Part shown: piece by piece, positions 12,201-25,799 of the stretch
How the letters are laid out: every line of letters begins with the position of its first letter
Position numbering within the stretch: the first letter of the stretch is position 1
DNA from: the human T2T-CHM13v2.0 reference genome, Homo sapiens
Assembly: GCF_009914755.1 (NCBI RefSeq)
Contig: NC_060927.1
DNA length: 64,000 nucleotides
Reading direction: 5' to 3' (one strand)
Made by a program: the position numbers and the translations under genes
The notes under the pieces: model-generated
Told to the model about the DNA's origin: nothing
Databases searched by the model: none
The model's input: only the letters and a program-made list of their open reading frames with translations

Positions 12201-13439
12201 GTGGGTTTCTTGGATTCATTAGCACTAGTGAGTAGTCCGTTACAAAGCTCCAACAGTTGGTTTGGATCTGAGTGTGACCACAGGAATCTGATCTAGGCCA
12301 TAGTAAGTCCCAGAGGTCAACTCCACCGCAGAGAGGGCCTGGAGTGGGGGCCCCCTCAACTTCACTTTGCCCCCTCTTAAATGTAATCAGGTTCTAATTA
12401 TAAAATTGTAGTGCTGAAAGCATAGTTTCATACATATTTACTAGAGAGTGATGCAACTACCGATGCTTTGTAAGTTATAAATTATTATACCATTATTATT
12501 ATTGTTGTAGATAGTATAAAGAATAACCATAATGTAGATGACAGGTCACTGAAAACGAAGTCTTGACAATAAATCTATTCAACCCTCCTGCTAGACGGTT
12601 GGGGACCTTGGGACTCAGGGAGGGAAACAGCTCGCCCAGATGTTATACGGAGCCCGGAGCAAAGCCCAGACTGCTGGGCTTCCAGTCAAGTGTTCTTTCC
12701 TTTTTCATTTAAGTGAATTCCTCGCTTCACCCTACTTTTTTGCAATCAATTTAACATGATATAATATTAGTCAAGATATGTCTCATTTCTTCGGTTTTAC
12801 TTTTAGCTCTAAGTTTGAGGGCATTTTGGGAAAGTTACCAGCAAGTTGGAAAATGGGAAACTACTTAAAAATAGCAGAAGGTTAAAAATAATACAACTGA
12901 AGTTGATTGAGTATTTAATTTTGTAAAGTTTCTGAGACAGAGCTGGATCAGAAGGACTGTGTTCTCTAGCACCTCACAGTTCTTGTTGGGCTTCAGACAA
13001 GCAAACAGCTTGGGCAAAGCTGAATTTGATAAGAATTATCCTGGAAAAATAAACAAATATAGCATTTTTGGTTCTGTTCACTTCCTGAATGGATAAAAAA
13101 CTGTGGACATTCCATGACATGCAAGGAAAGAAAAGAGGGAATCTTTGGCAGGCCGTTTTTCTATAGTACTAGTCATTCTAGGTCAATGTATTTTAAAAAT
13201 TGTATAATGTATGTTAAGAAGGGAAACAAATCTCTCTGTCTCATCTGTCTTTACACATTCTCAGACTCCAGCAGCCTTCACAGTAGATTCGAGGATAGGT
13301 GGATGGAAGCATCCTATGACCCAGCACACCCAGGACAAGAAACTACAGGGTTTTTGGACCACTGCCAAGCTGTGAGATGAACCTGATAGGGTTCCTAAAT
13401 AACAGCATGCCCTCAGCCTCAGGCCTGACTTCATGCTAT

Positions 13440-13632
13440 TCCAGTCGTGTGACCTGTCTCCTCCAGTGATCTAAGATAACACTTATCGCGGTCTGCCTTG
13501 GAATCAAGTTACTTGTGTGTGTGCCTGCTTTTTCCACTAAATGAATGAGCGATGACCATGACTTACTCAACTCTATCCCCCAGAGCACTTGGCACAAGCC
13601 CTGGCACTCAGTACGTTCCCAGTAAGTGTGCA
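13440..13632 (+). mobile_element. L2 3' end
   Basis: ctctatcccccagagcacttggcacaagccctggcactcagta. Confidence 0.6.
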
Positions 13633-14084
13633 GGGTCGGCTGGGATTTTGGCAGGGCTCCTCATTTCTCGTTGGTAAAATCTATGGTTCTTCTTGCCCAA
13701 TTTGAGAAGGATAAAATGCACATTTTGTTAAAAATCCTGGATCTGATTGCAGAGTCCAGGACTCTAAGAGAAATACGGATCTGTAATTTACTGTCTGTGA
13801 AGCTCTGTGCCATTCCTTTTCTCTTGCACACCTGTTTTTCTGTAGGTCATAAATATGTACTGTTAATGCAGTTCTTGCATTTTATGATTCTTTCATTTTG
13901 TAAGGTAAATTCACATGTAAAATTCCTTTTGGTTCAATTTCTCTTTATCTCTGCTCATCCTTGACACAATAATATGTAAAATAGTAAGTGGTTGTTCTAT
14001 ATTTAAAAAGATATATTCAAAAGAAAATTAAACAGTGGAATAGAAGAGAAAGAACACAGCACTGTTATTCAATGAGAATAATCA

Positions 14085-14420
14085 TTCATTTATTTGCTGT
14101 TACCTTTTAGGTCTGAATGAAAATTTCCTTATATTTGTTTCCTATTACAACCCTGAAGTGAACTTTGCAAATTTCGATGGGCAGATAAGGAAGCAGCTTG
14201 AGGAGGTTAAGAAATTCACTGAAATCACAAAACCAGTCAGTAGTAGACTCGGAATTCCAATGCAGACTGACCTTCTACTACACTGCTCTGTACTTTCCAA
14301 ACACTTCAAGCAAATCACTTAGCACCTCTGGGTCTCACTTTGGCTGTAAAATGGAATTAATAACATTTTATAGCATTCATGGAAAATTAAAATCATATAT
14401 GTAAAACAGCAACTATTTTG
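14085..14420. mobile_element. Two adjacent MIR fragments in opposite orientation
   Basis: Antisense core (acaaccctgaagt...gaggttaagaaattcactg) followed by sense core (cacctctgggtctcactttggctgtaaaatgg). Confidence 0.55.
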
Positions 14421-15173
14421 GAAATCTGAAAAAGCTAAGCCAATCTCAAAAATAATTGCATTACTAAATAACTAGGGTAGTAGTCCCAACAACCAAATCC
14501 TGCTTTGAAATAAAAGTGAAATTGGAAAACTGTTGATCTCAATAATAATAAGTTGACAGTACTGACTGTGCTTGATACCTTGTGATGTTACATCCCTACA
14601 TCAGATTCTTATATTGTATTTCTTATGAGTACAAGCTTACTCTCTTGCAGAATTAGAAAGGTTAGGAGAAAAAATAAAATGAAGAAAATCTAAATGTTAT
14701 TCCTTGATTATCCTTTGATTGGGAAGTTAGTAAACATTTTCAAAATGATAATCCTTACAAGGATTCAGTGAAGCTGGAGCTCTCATATATAATTTGTAGC
14801 AATAGAAAATTCTTTTGTAATTTAATTTGTCAATATTATCAGATGACAGTGTTTGTACATGCACACTTCTGAACCACTAATTATTTCTTTAGTAATGTAT
14901 AGTAAGGTGGGGTAATAATTTTGGAAATATATAAATATGCTTGTCTCTTTTGTGTTTCCATGTATCTGATTTTCATCCAAGTCAGCCTGAAGCACCTATC
15001 TACTCTTTCTGAGGATGCAGGGCAGGGAAGTTCAGAGGGAAAATAGAATTGTAATAACATGAAGGCAGAGTGAAAAAGATAGTACTCAGTTTTTGGCAAA
15101 CAAAATAGGAATTTTATGTGCACAGGAAGATAATTAAATTTAAAGCAAGGCTCATTAAGAGAGAGAAATGTCT

Positions 15174-15251
15174 TCTAAAATCCCTAATCTCCTCCTTTAA
15201 CTTGAAAGCCTGTCTAAAATCCCTAATCTCCTCCTTTAACTTGAAAGCCTG
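15174..15251. repeat. Perfect 2 x 39 bp tandem duplication
   Basis: tctaaaatccctaatctcctcctttaacttgaaagcctg at 15174-15212 and again at 15213-15251. Confidence 0.98.
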
Positions 15252-16019
15252 AATGACTTGGTCATAACATTTTGTTTAAGGCAAATAATGATCATATAGA
15301 AAGAGAGAGAGGAGAAAGCCCATTTCTGCCAGTCCCAGTGATTACGAGAGGAAGAGGAGAAACCAAGATCAGATACCATGCTTCTCTTCTCCATATTGGT
15401 GACAAACTATATTGTTGCTTGCAAAGAGATGTAAAGATCACTTTAGAGATACCCAACTAAGCATCAAAGACAATTAGGATGATGGCCTGCACTCATATTC
15501 TTGGCATCCTGGAACACAAAGCACTAAAGACTCCAGCCTTTAACCTCGTGCTGTTTCCAAGAGTGTGCAGAAACAATGAGATCAGATGGCCTGTGAAGAT
15601 AGATGTGTCAGAGGTGATACAAATGCATTTATTATACTCTTGCTTACAATGGAAAAAAAGGCATACATAGCTCACTTGTCTAATGATGTTTAAACAGAGG
15701 TATCTTTTTTTTCACAGAAAATTTTGTGAAGATGCTGACATTAAGTATAAAAAATACAGTAGCATGGAAATATGAGCTTTTTATCTTTGCTCTGCTTGTC
15801 ACTCATTGACTTTTAAAATATTCTGAATTTTGAGACTATTCTTTAAGTAAACCTAAAGTGTCCTTTAAGTAAGTGTCCTACAATGGCATTAAACTTTCAT
15901 AAATGAGTCCTATACATTGTGCTTGTATTTAATTCAAAATTAGTTGAAAATTTTTAATCTATGTATTCAGTGAATGAAGTGAAGAAAACTTCAGCACTGA
16001 GAATTTTAGAGACGGTATA

Positions 16020-19000
16020 TAGAGCAAGATGGCAGAGTAGGACTTTCCAACAGTTGTCCCCTTGTAGGAACATCAATTTGAACAATAATTCATGCATGAA
16101 AATACCTTTGTAAGAGCTGAGGAAACCAGGTGAGAGTTTATAGTATTTGGTTGTAGCACAATAATTAGAAAAGACTCATTGAAGATGGTAGGAAAACAAG
16201 TTTACATCACCTGCATTACCTCCAAACCCAGGCAGCACAACATGGAGAGAGATACTGTCAATTTGAAGGAAAGAGAAGAAAGTGAGCAGAGAACTTTGCA
16301 TTGGACCCAAAAACTGGGCCCACCCAGCACTAGGCAGATCTTCCTGGTCTTATTCCAGGCTGGTACCTATAGACTGGGCCTTTAGGCCTGCCCCAGTGCT
16401 AGATGGGACCACACAGCCCCATGCTTAAGGCTTGCTTGGTGAACTCAGTATTTGGTCCACACTACCACTTTGCCAATATCAGTGGACCCAGGCTTCTAGT
16501 CTGTCCCAGCTCTGTGCCTACCATAGTGGGCCCCAGGCTTCTGGCAGTGCCACCCCAGCTGCAGCTGCCCCAGATTTCTTGTGTGCCCCCGGGCCACACA
16601 GGCTGCACATCTGTCTCAGCTTCTATCCTGCTCCAGTGCCTTACCTGCCACAGCAGGCTCCAGGATTTTGACAGCACTGCACCAGCCACAATTGCCCTGT
16701 GTTTCTGGTGGGCCCCGTCACCATGCCAGCCACAGGATTTTCCAAGACAAAGCCAGTCTGTGAAGACAGTAATAATTACCTATTTATTCAAATGTGCAAA
16801 CACTGATATACAACCACAAGGATCAAGAATAATCAGAAAAACATAATATCACCAAATGGACAAAATAAGGTGCCAGTAACTAATCCTAAGGAAATAAAGA
16901 TATATTAAATGCCTGACAAAGAATTCAAGATAAACATTTTAAGAAACTCAGCTCACTTCAGGAAAATATAGAGAAACAACTCAATGAAATGAGAAAAACT
17001 ATACATAACCAGAATTAGAATTTAATAAAAATATTGAAATAATAATTATAGTAATAGTAAGATGAAATCCTACAGCTAAAAACTACAATAAACAAAATTA
17101 AAAATATATCAATAGTAGAACTGACTGAGCAGAAGAAGGAATCTGTGAGCTTGAAGTCAAGTTATTTGAAAATATATAATCAGAGGAGAAAAAAGAATTA
17201 AAAAAAGAAAGCTTATGTAATTTATGAAACATTATCAAAAAAGAAATTTTTTAATCATAGGAGTTAAGGAGAAGAGAAGATAAAGGGATATAAAGCTTAT
17301 TTAAAGAAATTGTAACAGCAAACTTTCCAAACCTGAAAAAAGTATGTAAATATCCAGATATAGGAAGGTCTAAGGTCTCCAATCAGATTCAATGTGAAGA
17401 AAACTACCCCGAGGCATATTGTAATTAAAGAGTCAAAGAACAAAGACAAAGAAAGGATCCTGGAAACAGCAAGAGAAAAGAAGCAAATAACATGTAATAG
17501 AATTCTACTACAGCTAGCAGCAGACTTCTCAGCATAAACCTTACAGGCCAGGAGAGCATGGGATGTCATATTCAAAGTGCTGAAGGAAGACAACTAACAA
17601 CCAAGAACACTGACAACCAAAAAGACAGCAAAAGCTGTCTTTTAGAAATGAAGAAGAGATAAAGATTTTACTAGACAATTAAAAAACAAGATAATTCATA
17701 ACCACCAGACCTCTTATAAAAGAAATGCTAAAGAGAGTTCTTCAGAATCAAAGAAAAAGACACTACTGAGTAAAACTGAAACATCTGAAAGTGTAAAACT
17801 ACCTGGAAAAATTAAGTACGCAGGCAAAAGCAGAATGCTCTAATACTTGAATGGTGTTGAGTAAATAACTTATATCTTCAATATAAAGGTTAAAAGACAA
17901 AGATATTAGAAATAATGGCTAAAATAATTTGTTTAAAATACACAATATGATTTAAATTCACATCAAAAATTCAAAATGTGTATCAAGAAAGCAATACCAT
18001 ATTAATAGCTACAAAAATACCTGGGAATATATTTACCCAAAGTAGTAAGCAATCTCTAAACTAAAAACTAAGCTACTGATAAAAGAAATTGAAGACACAC
18101 AGAAAAAATGGAAAGTAGCCCATACTCATGGATCAGAAGAATTAATATTATTAAAATGTTCTTACTACCCAAAGTGATCTACAGATTCAATGCAATCAGT
18201 ATTAAAATATCAGTGATGGTCTTCACAGAAATTAAAAGAAAAATCCTAAAATATATACAAAACCACAAAAGGGCCTAAATAGTAAAGGCATTACTGAGCA
18301 AAAAGAGCAAAGCTCAAGTCATTACACTATCTGACTTAAAAATATACAGCAAAACTATAGTAGCCAAAACAGCATGATATTGGCATAAAAATGAACACAT
18401 AGAGCAATGGAAAAGAATAGAGAGTCCATTAAGAAATGCAGCCAGGTGATTTTTGTTAAAGGGGCCAAGAACAAACAATGAGGAAAGTACAGTTTCTTCA
18501 ATAAGTAGTGCTAGGAAAACTGGATATCCATATGTAAAAGAGTTAAATTAGACCCATATCTCTCACCATACTGAAAAATCAACTCAAACTAGATTGCAGT
18601 CTTAAATATAGACTCAAAATTATGACGCTACTAGAAGTGTGAAAAAAACTCCTTGACATAGGTCTCAGCAATGACTTTTTGGATATGCCCCCAAAATCAC
18701 AGGCAATAAAAGCAAAAAAATAGACAAATGGGATAACATCAAACTAGGAGCCCCTGGAGAAAAGAAACAATCAATAGAGGGAAGAGACAGCCTATAGAAT
18801 GGGGGAGAATATTTGCAAACTGTATAGTTGTTAAGAAATTTACATCCAAAATACATAAAAAATTCAACAGCAAGAAAACAACTCAGTTGAAAATTGGCAA
18901 AGAAACTGAATAGACATTTCTTAAAGGAAGATATACTAATGGGCAACAGGTATATGAAAAAAATTACCAACATCAGTAACGGGGATGCAAATTAACACCA

Positions 19001-19330
19001 CAATGAGAAAATTCTATTGAAGTAGAAAGTAGCATGTTGGTTACCAGGAGCTGAGATGGTTAGGGAGATGTTGATTAAAAGATGCAAAACTTCATTTAGA
19101 CAGAAGAAATAAGTTCAAGAGAACTATTTTACAGCATGGTGACTGTAGTTAATGAGATATTGTATTCTTGTAAAATGCTGAGAAGAATAGATGTCAAGTT
19201 TTCTCACCACGAAATAACTATGTGCCAGATTTAGTCATTCCACAACATATGTGTACTTCAAAATATTATGTTGTACACAGTAAATACATATAATTTTATC
19301 TATCAATGAATGAAATAAAATTTAAAAAGA
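16020..19330 (+). mobile_element. L1MA (about MA7-9) retaining 5'UTR, ORF1 and 3' end, with large internal ORF2 deletions
   Basis: caagatggcagagtagga start, GC-rich 5'UTR, ORF1 remnant (~16850-17760), late ORF2 (~17980-19005), and L1MA 3'UTR (gtcattccacaa...catataattttatctatcaat) with A-tail. Confidence 0.88.
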
Positions 19331-20159
19331 AACTTGTAGACAAGTATTTTTTTAAATAAAGCATACAAATAAAAAGATGTTGAAATGCACCTTTATAAAA
19401 GCAAGAGAACAAAACAAATTAAATGGTGAAAGTTAATCTGTGTAAAAGATTAAATATTAAAATTATTTAGTTGTGCTTTGGAATATATAAACTTGTGGAA
19501 ATAGGCCTACTTACATTAGATAAATGTGCATTCCATTTTAGAATGAAATAGATAACACTTTTTATTTTGTAGTATGTAAATTTGGTGAAACTTGTAAATG
19601 AATTTTAAAAAGGGACAAGTTATTTGATGGGTTTTTATTTTTAAAAATATTTGTTGAAGAAAAGTATTTTAAATAGAGGCAAAATACAGTATCTGTGAAG
19701 TTATGTGGGCTGAAATAACTATATATTTTATAGGAAATAGAATAGAGAATATCCCCGAGTTAGCGAATTTTTCACTGAGCTTATCACATTTTTCAGCTGC
19801 TATAGAGTATTTTCTCAATAATGTCTATAATGACAATTAAATGGAAAATTTCAGATATTTCAAATTAATTGTAGAATGCAACTTTGAAGAAATATTTCAG
19901 ACAGTTGAAAAAATTAAAATGATAAGATCACAGAAAAAAATACATTCTTCAAAAAAGAATGGCATTCCAGTGCTATGGTATTAAAAATAGATGAAACTAA
20001 CAAAATTAGTAAAGTTTGTGAACATATTCAAATAGTCATTCAGTTAAGTGATTCACTTCAGATAATTAATATAAAGTTCTTTTCCCCACATATGTATGTG
20101 TTTTTATATATATATATATATGCTACTTTAAATTTTAGAATGACTTTTAGTTTTGAAAA

Positions 20160-20308
20160 TATATTTACATCCAAAATATATAAAGAACTCAATAGCAAAA
20201 AGAAAGCAATTAAAAAATGGACAAACAACCTGAATAGACATTTCTCAAAAGAAGACATACAAATGAGCAACAGGTATATGAAAAAATTCTGAACATCACT
20301 AATCATTG
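20160..20308 (+). mobile_element. Short L1M ORF2 fragment
   Basis: ctgaatagacatttctcaaaagaagacatacaaatg, translating as [12 protein letters not shown]. Confidence 0.85.
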
Positions 20309-20999
20309 AAAGCTCTATTTTTAGGCACGTCAATACAATATAGCTAATTTATGGTAATTATATAAACATTTCAAAAACATTTATAATTATTTTTAGCTCC
20401 CCTTTTACTGATAAAATTGTCCTATATTATTGCAAACACTACATGATCACCCTAGATATAGCATAGGCACTTGTCAGTATTGTTGTTTTGTATCCAGAAC
20501 AAAGGCTACAGATAAAACACAGTTAGATTTTTTAAAGCATAGGGAAAATACTACAAGGGATATTTTTTGAAGTTCCAAAATGGTTATACCAGGTGGTAGA
20601 GAACATGAATTTTTTTCCTAGGTTTCATTTATCATGTTATTGAGATCATGTTATTATCACAAGGAACAATTATGCTAGAGAAAAACAAACAAATAATAGG
20701 AAGCATTGAACTTCCTGGAGAAAGGACATAGGAGGCAGTATCTTTCATCTGTCAGTGGGGCTCTGAGGGCAGCAAGGGTAAAGATGCACGCACAGCATGC
20801 CAGCTACCTCTACATCTGAGCACATGTGCCTCTCCAGCATCTGTCACAGCATCAGCTGGTCAAAATGTTCTTTCCTTCCCCTCCAGACCTAGCCAAGGTA
20901 GCACTGACAAATAAGGTCAGATTTGGGGGCTGAGGTGAGTGAAGCATTTTATATTTATATCCATGTACACACGCTCCTGTGTATGTTCCAGTGACTTCA

Positions 21000-21010
21000 G
21001 GGGACTTTCC
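21000..21010 (+). promoter_or_regulatory. Canonical NF-kB site GGGGACTTTCC
   Basis: Exact match to the Ig-kappa/HIV-type kB element. Function is not demonstrated. Confidence 0.4.
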
Positions 21011-21680
21011 ACAGCCATGGGTGTCATGTCCAGTGTGAGGTAACTCTGTCTGGCCCAGGGAATTCTCTGGACACTAATCACTAGGTTAAGGATTGGGTTC
21101 CAGAGTTTATGGATTGATGCTCAATAATACTTCTATCTCTTCTGTGCTATCTGGTCATTATGACAGTCACAAATATGCAGGATTTTTTGGTAAGGTGTTT
21201 TGTTTTGTTTCTTCTCTCTCATTGATTGTTGGCTCCAAGTTTGAGGAAGCAATGAATATACTGGTTTAATGACTTCCAGCTTGGGCATTGCTCCTGCTTT
21301 TATGGATGATTATTCTGATTAGTTACTACTAGGCAAAATACACATAGAATATAAATAAAACACCTAGAGGACTGCCTGGCACAAAATAACTCATAGATAA
21401 CTTCTGTACTGGCTTTAACACTTTATGAAACAGCAGACTTCCGCTCTAGACGGAGGAGTTTCAGTGGAGACAAGAGGGAGATCTAATATATGATAAAGAA
21501 TGGTATGAATTAAGATTTAAACATTTAGAAGGCATGTTGGATGCATATTACATGCAACACTGGTTTAGGCTTCAGGAAAAATATGATGAAGAAAATAGAC
21601 TAAATTTCTGCCCTCAAATAATTTACAGACAAGAAGATACAATTTACCTGAGTTAAATAAGTGTAATGTTGCACATTTTT

Positions 21681-21975
<295 letters not shown>

Positions 21976-22017
21976 AATGTTGCACATTTTTATCCAAAAT
22001 CCTAGCTGTACAAGTAT

Positions 22018-22021
<4 letters not shown>

Positions 22022-22062
<41 letters not shown>
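22022..22062. repeat. (TG)n microsatellite
   Basis: About 20 TG units. Confidence 0.97.
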
Positions 22063-22065
<3 letters not shown>

Positions 22066-22314
22066 GCCACATATATATATAAAATACAAATGTATATTAT
22101 CTACAAATATACACATAAACTGGAGTGTGTTCAAAGGAGCTGAAGAAAGTTGAATGACATTCAAGGAGTTGAGTGAACTGTGAGTGTTCTCTCCTCATTA
22201 ATGTGTTTAGAGGGCAGCATCTGTAACATAGAGTCCTTATTTTCTGCCTTCACCATGTAGTACAAAGGAAGGGTTTCAATGAAATAGAAGCATATAATGG
22301 CTGCTGCTGAAGAG

Positions 22315-22565
22315 ACTGTTAGATTGCCCACTCAGTAATCATTTCCATTTCCTTTCTGTTAACGTAATTTGGTTTGGGTTTGGTTTGAGATAGCAACGTG
22401 CTCAGAAAAGGTGGTTGCTCAACCTTCAACAGTCTCAGGGGGTAGACCTTGATTACTTTAAGGCTTAGGCTTATGCTGTGCCTTTCCTTTTTACCCCTGA
22501 TTGGTGTGAAGTGGCACACAACCCTGCTCTGCCCCATAGAAAATGAGGAGAAAGTATTAGGAAAT
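22315..22565. mobile_element. Old MaLR/ERVL LTR fragment (MLT1J-L or LTR33-like)
   Basis: ctgttagattgcccactcag, gcaacgtgctcag and ccctgattggtgtgaagtggcac motifs. Confidence 0.45.
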
Positions 22566-23320
22566 CTCAAATGAAGGAGCTTGAGCATTAAGCTCCTTAA
22601 ATTCAAAAATTGATTTGAGATCTAAAAGGAGAAAATAACTTGCTATGTGGCCTTGGGTGTATTGCTTAACTTCTCTAGGTCTCAGCTTCACAGTAACATT
22701 ATATTAATAATTCTTGTCTTCCCTAATTAGCAGGGTTATTTTTGGTATTACGGACAGTAATGGATGTTAAAGCAATTTCCAGTTTAAATGCATATAATAT
22801 GTAAATTGTTACTATTAATTTTAATTACTTTGAAATATTTAAATTAAAAAGTGATATAAAATTAAATTAGTAATGCCATAAAAATATATGTTAATATGAC
22901 AACCCTAGCGAAAAATGCTTCTTCCCTAATAAAACTTAAACATAATTGTATATAAGACTTCCTATGCATTTATTTATGCATACGTATTTCATTTTCCTTT
23001 CCTTAATTAATTTTCTTTAAAATCCATATAGAACTTTGGAATTACATATTTAATAAAGTTCAATGAACTAGTGTTTGTAAAAAAACTTGAGACATTCCCT
23101 TCTGCTCTTTGAGAGCATAATAACAAAGGCAGTAAGTACAGATTCAGACGCTTTAACAATACATTCATTTTGTTATAAAACAATTTCAAACACATAAAAA
23201 TAACATAATAATCACAACACCCACTATACATATTTAACAAAGGCTGATTAACATATTTTCTTCAAATGTCTTTTTAGAACAAATAAAATATTACAGATAC
23301 ATTCAAAGTCCCTTTGTACC

Positions 23321-23682
23321 TATCTTAGTCAGTTTGGTCTACTATAGTAAAGTAGCATAACATGGGTAACTTACAAAAGTAGAAATTTATTTCTCATGTT
23401 TCTGGAGGCTGTGGATCTGAGAATAGGGTGCCAGCATGGTCGAGTTCTGGTGAAGGCTCTCTTTGAGGTTGCAGGCTGCAAACTTCCCATGTATCTTCAC
23501 ATAGCAGAAAGAACGCTAGTTAGCTCCCCAGCCTCTTCGTAAAAGACACTAACCTCATTCACGAAAGCTTCATACTCATAAGCTAATTACCTCTGAAAAG
23601 CCCCCTCCACCTAGTACCATCACCTTGGGATTAGGGTTTCAACATAGGGGTTTTGGGGAGACACAAACATTCATTACATTGT
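23321..23682 (-). mobile_element. MLT1A-type MaLR LTR
   Basis: tatcttagtc start, gaaatttatttctca, ggtgccagcatggtc..ttctggtga, ttttggggagacacaaacattca. Confidence 0.85.
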
Positions 23683-23984
23683 AGTGCCTTTCTCAATTAC
23701 ACTTTGCAGTGTGTGTATACAGTTTCAGATCATATTTTACACTTTGCTTATGTATCTGTGTATAACATAGGGTATTAACTAAACTTCTCTAACATATACA
23801 TTAACATTAACAAAACACAATGGCTCAAAGTAAATTTGAGTTTATTTCTTTCTCAAATAACAGTTCATAGGGAGGTAGAAAGTCCAGGGTGGGTAATCTA
23901 CTTTGACTCATGAGATTCTGTTGTTTTACAATCTCCTAAGGCAGTGGTTTTGTGAATACAATGTGAGAGCTTCGAGGTCCTGTC

Positions 23985-24325
23985 TGCATCCCCTTCCTTT
24001 TTCCAACTATACATCTGTGTGAGGCCAAATTTTCTTCATATCCTTCAACAAAAATAACATTGCTATAGATTGAAGAAACAAATATTAGACTTCACTTGTC
24101 TTAAAGTAAGACATTTAAAAATTTGTGAAAATATAAACAATGTCACTATTTCAATAAATTTTTAGTTATTTTTGATAAAATGATATGCTAATATAAAAGT
24201 TTATTATAGTTTTAAAAATTAAATAAATACATATTTTAATATCACTATTGTAATGTTGAATACGGTAAATATCAATAGATATTCCAACATTAGTAAAAGG
24301 TCTTTGAGGTCCTAAATAGTCAAGA
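23985..24325 (+). mobile_element. hAT-Charlie1-type fragment (transposase C-terminus and 3' region)
   Basis: ttccaactatacatctgtgtgaggccaaattttcttcata resembles the TYLCE.xFS dimerisation motif; also ggtaaatatcaatagata. Confidence 0.75.
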
Positions 24326-24449
24326 TAGGAAAATATATTGTCTACTTGGTGGCCATGTCTAGCTAAAACTCTTTTTGCTCTGTAAAAGGTAGAATGAATT
24401 TAGGGAAACAACTAGCAGTTCAATGCAACGTGTGTGTCCATAAACAATA

Positions 24450-24960
24450 TATGATATTTGTGTGCTTTAAAAATTTACCTGAATAGCATCTTTCTCGGTA
24501 CATCCTCCTATATATCACTTTTTGCTCAAAATTATGTCTTCAAGATATATCCATGCTAACACATTGGTCTAGTTTATTCGTTTTAACTGTTGAATACTAT
24601 CATACTGTAGGATTATACAACAATTTATTTGAACATTTATTTAATTGGCAGATACAGAAGGTTTCCAGTTATTCACTCATGAGAGCAATGCTGCAATAAA
24701 CATTATTTTGCATATGTCCTTGTATAAAATGAGAATGTTTCTTTAGGTAATTAAAAGTTACGTTCTGTGGTGTAAGATATACATGACTGTGTTATTAAAT
24801 GTTATTAACTTGTTCTCCAAAGCAGTTGTGCCAATTTGCAAACCCACACACACAGCATGAGAATCTCTTTGCCCTCTGTTTCTCCTTTTTGGGTTATAAT
24901 CTTGTCAATAAGATGGTAGGAGAATTGAAAGTTACTGTTGTTTAATTTGAATTTCTCGCT
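24450..24960 (-). mobile_element. L1ME-type fragment
   Basis: atccatgctaac, aatgctgcaataaacatt, ctccaaagcagttgtgccaatttgca. Confidence 0.7.
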
Positions 24961-25799
24961 CTAGAAATTAGAATAGATAAAAATAGTTATGATGGCAATC
25001 AAAAGAACACTTGAAAACAGTGATTACATAATTCAGATTTAGTTTTCTCACATAAGAAGTGTGGAGTTAGATAGGTGCTAGCATTGGTTTTGCAGATCAT
25101 TAATGTAATCAAGAAAATTAGGCCCAGCTATCTTTCTGCTGAATTATCCTAAGTATATTATCTTTTCCTCCTCTAGCTTATCGTCTTATGGTTGCAACAT
25201 GACTGCCACTACATTACTTAAATGTTCAATGTAAAAAAAAAAAGGAAGGAAGATGGTTCTTACATTCTCCTTCTAAATTTGTTCTCTTTTATCAAATTTA
25301 GCAAAGAAAAAGTCCCTAATCTCTACCCCAGCAGACTTTTTCAAATGAAGTTTTTCCCGGAACTGTGCTAATTTGCCAATGTTGACACACTGTTCTTGTA
25401 TCTTTAAATAAATGACATAAAAGACAAGGTATAGCCCTCATATTTATTTTTATATCAAACTTAGCTTTTCAAGAATCTTAATTCTTTAATGTACTTGTAT
25501 CAACTTATCACATTTTATTTTCAAAATTCATTTGGATTCTTTTATTAGGGTTGCATTTTTTAAACATCTGGGATAAATGTATAGCTTTACAACCTTGTAA
25601 ACAGCAAGCAATTGGATCTTACTTTTAAAAATCAACCTGACAATCTTTGCTTTTTAATTGAAGCATTTAATCCTTTATATTTAATGTAACTATTGACAGA
25701 GCTGTGTTTTAAGTCTACTATCTTGGTCCTCTTTTCTTAATTCTATCTTAATTTTTTCATGCTTTTTTTTTGGTATTTTGTTTGTTTTTCAATATGGCA

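Larger units (their letters stand above)
15700..20455 (+). mobile_element. hAT-Blackjack DNA transposon relic (15700-16015, 19330-20060, 20330-20455), split by L1 insertions
   Basis: Resembles the remembered Blackjack consensus (aacctaaagtgtcctacaatgg, tgtgctttggaatat, agagtattttctcaat, atgcaactttgaagaa) and ends in the TIR-like catgatcacccta at ~20442-20454. Confidence 0.7.

Noticed and set aside
16403-16846. 147-aa ORF and overlapping ORFs
   Set aside because: They lie in the GC-rich L1M 5'UTR, where stop codons are scarce.
20160-20308. Apparent duplicate of 18835-18980
   Set aside because: Both cover the same part of the L1 ORF2 consensus. Independent L1 fragments explain the similarity.
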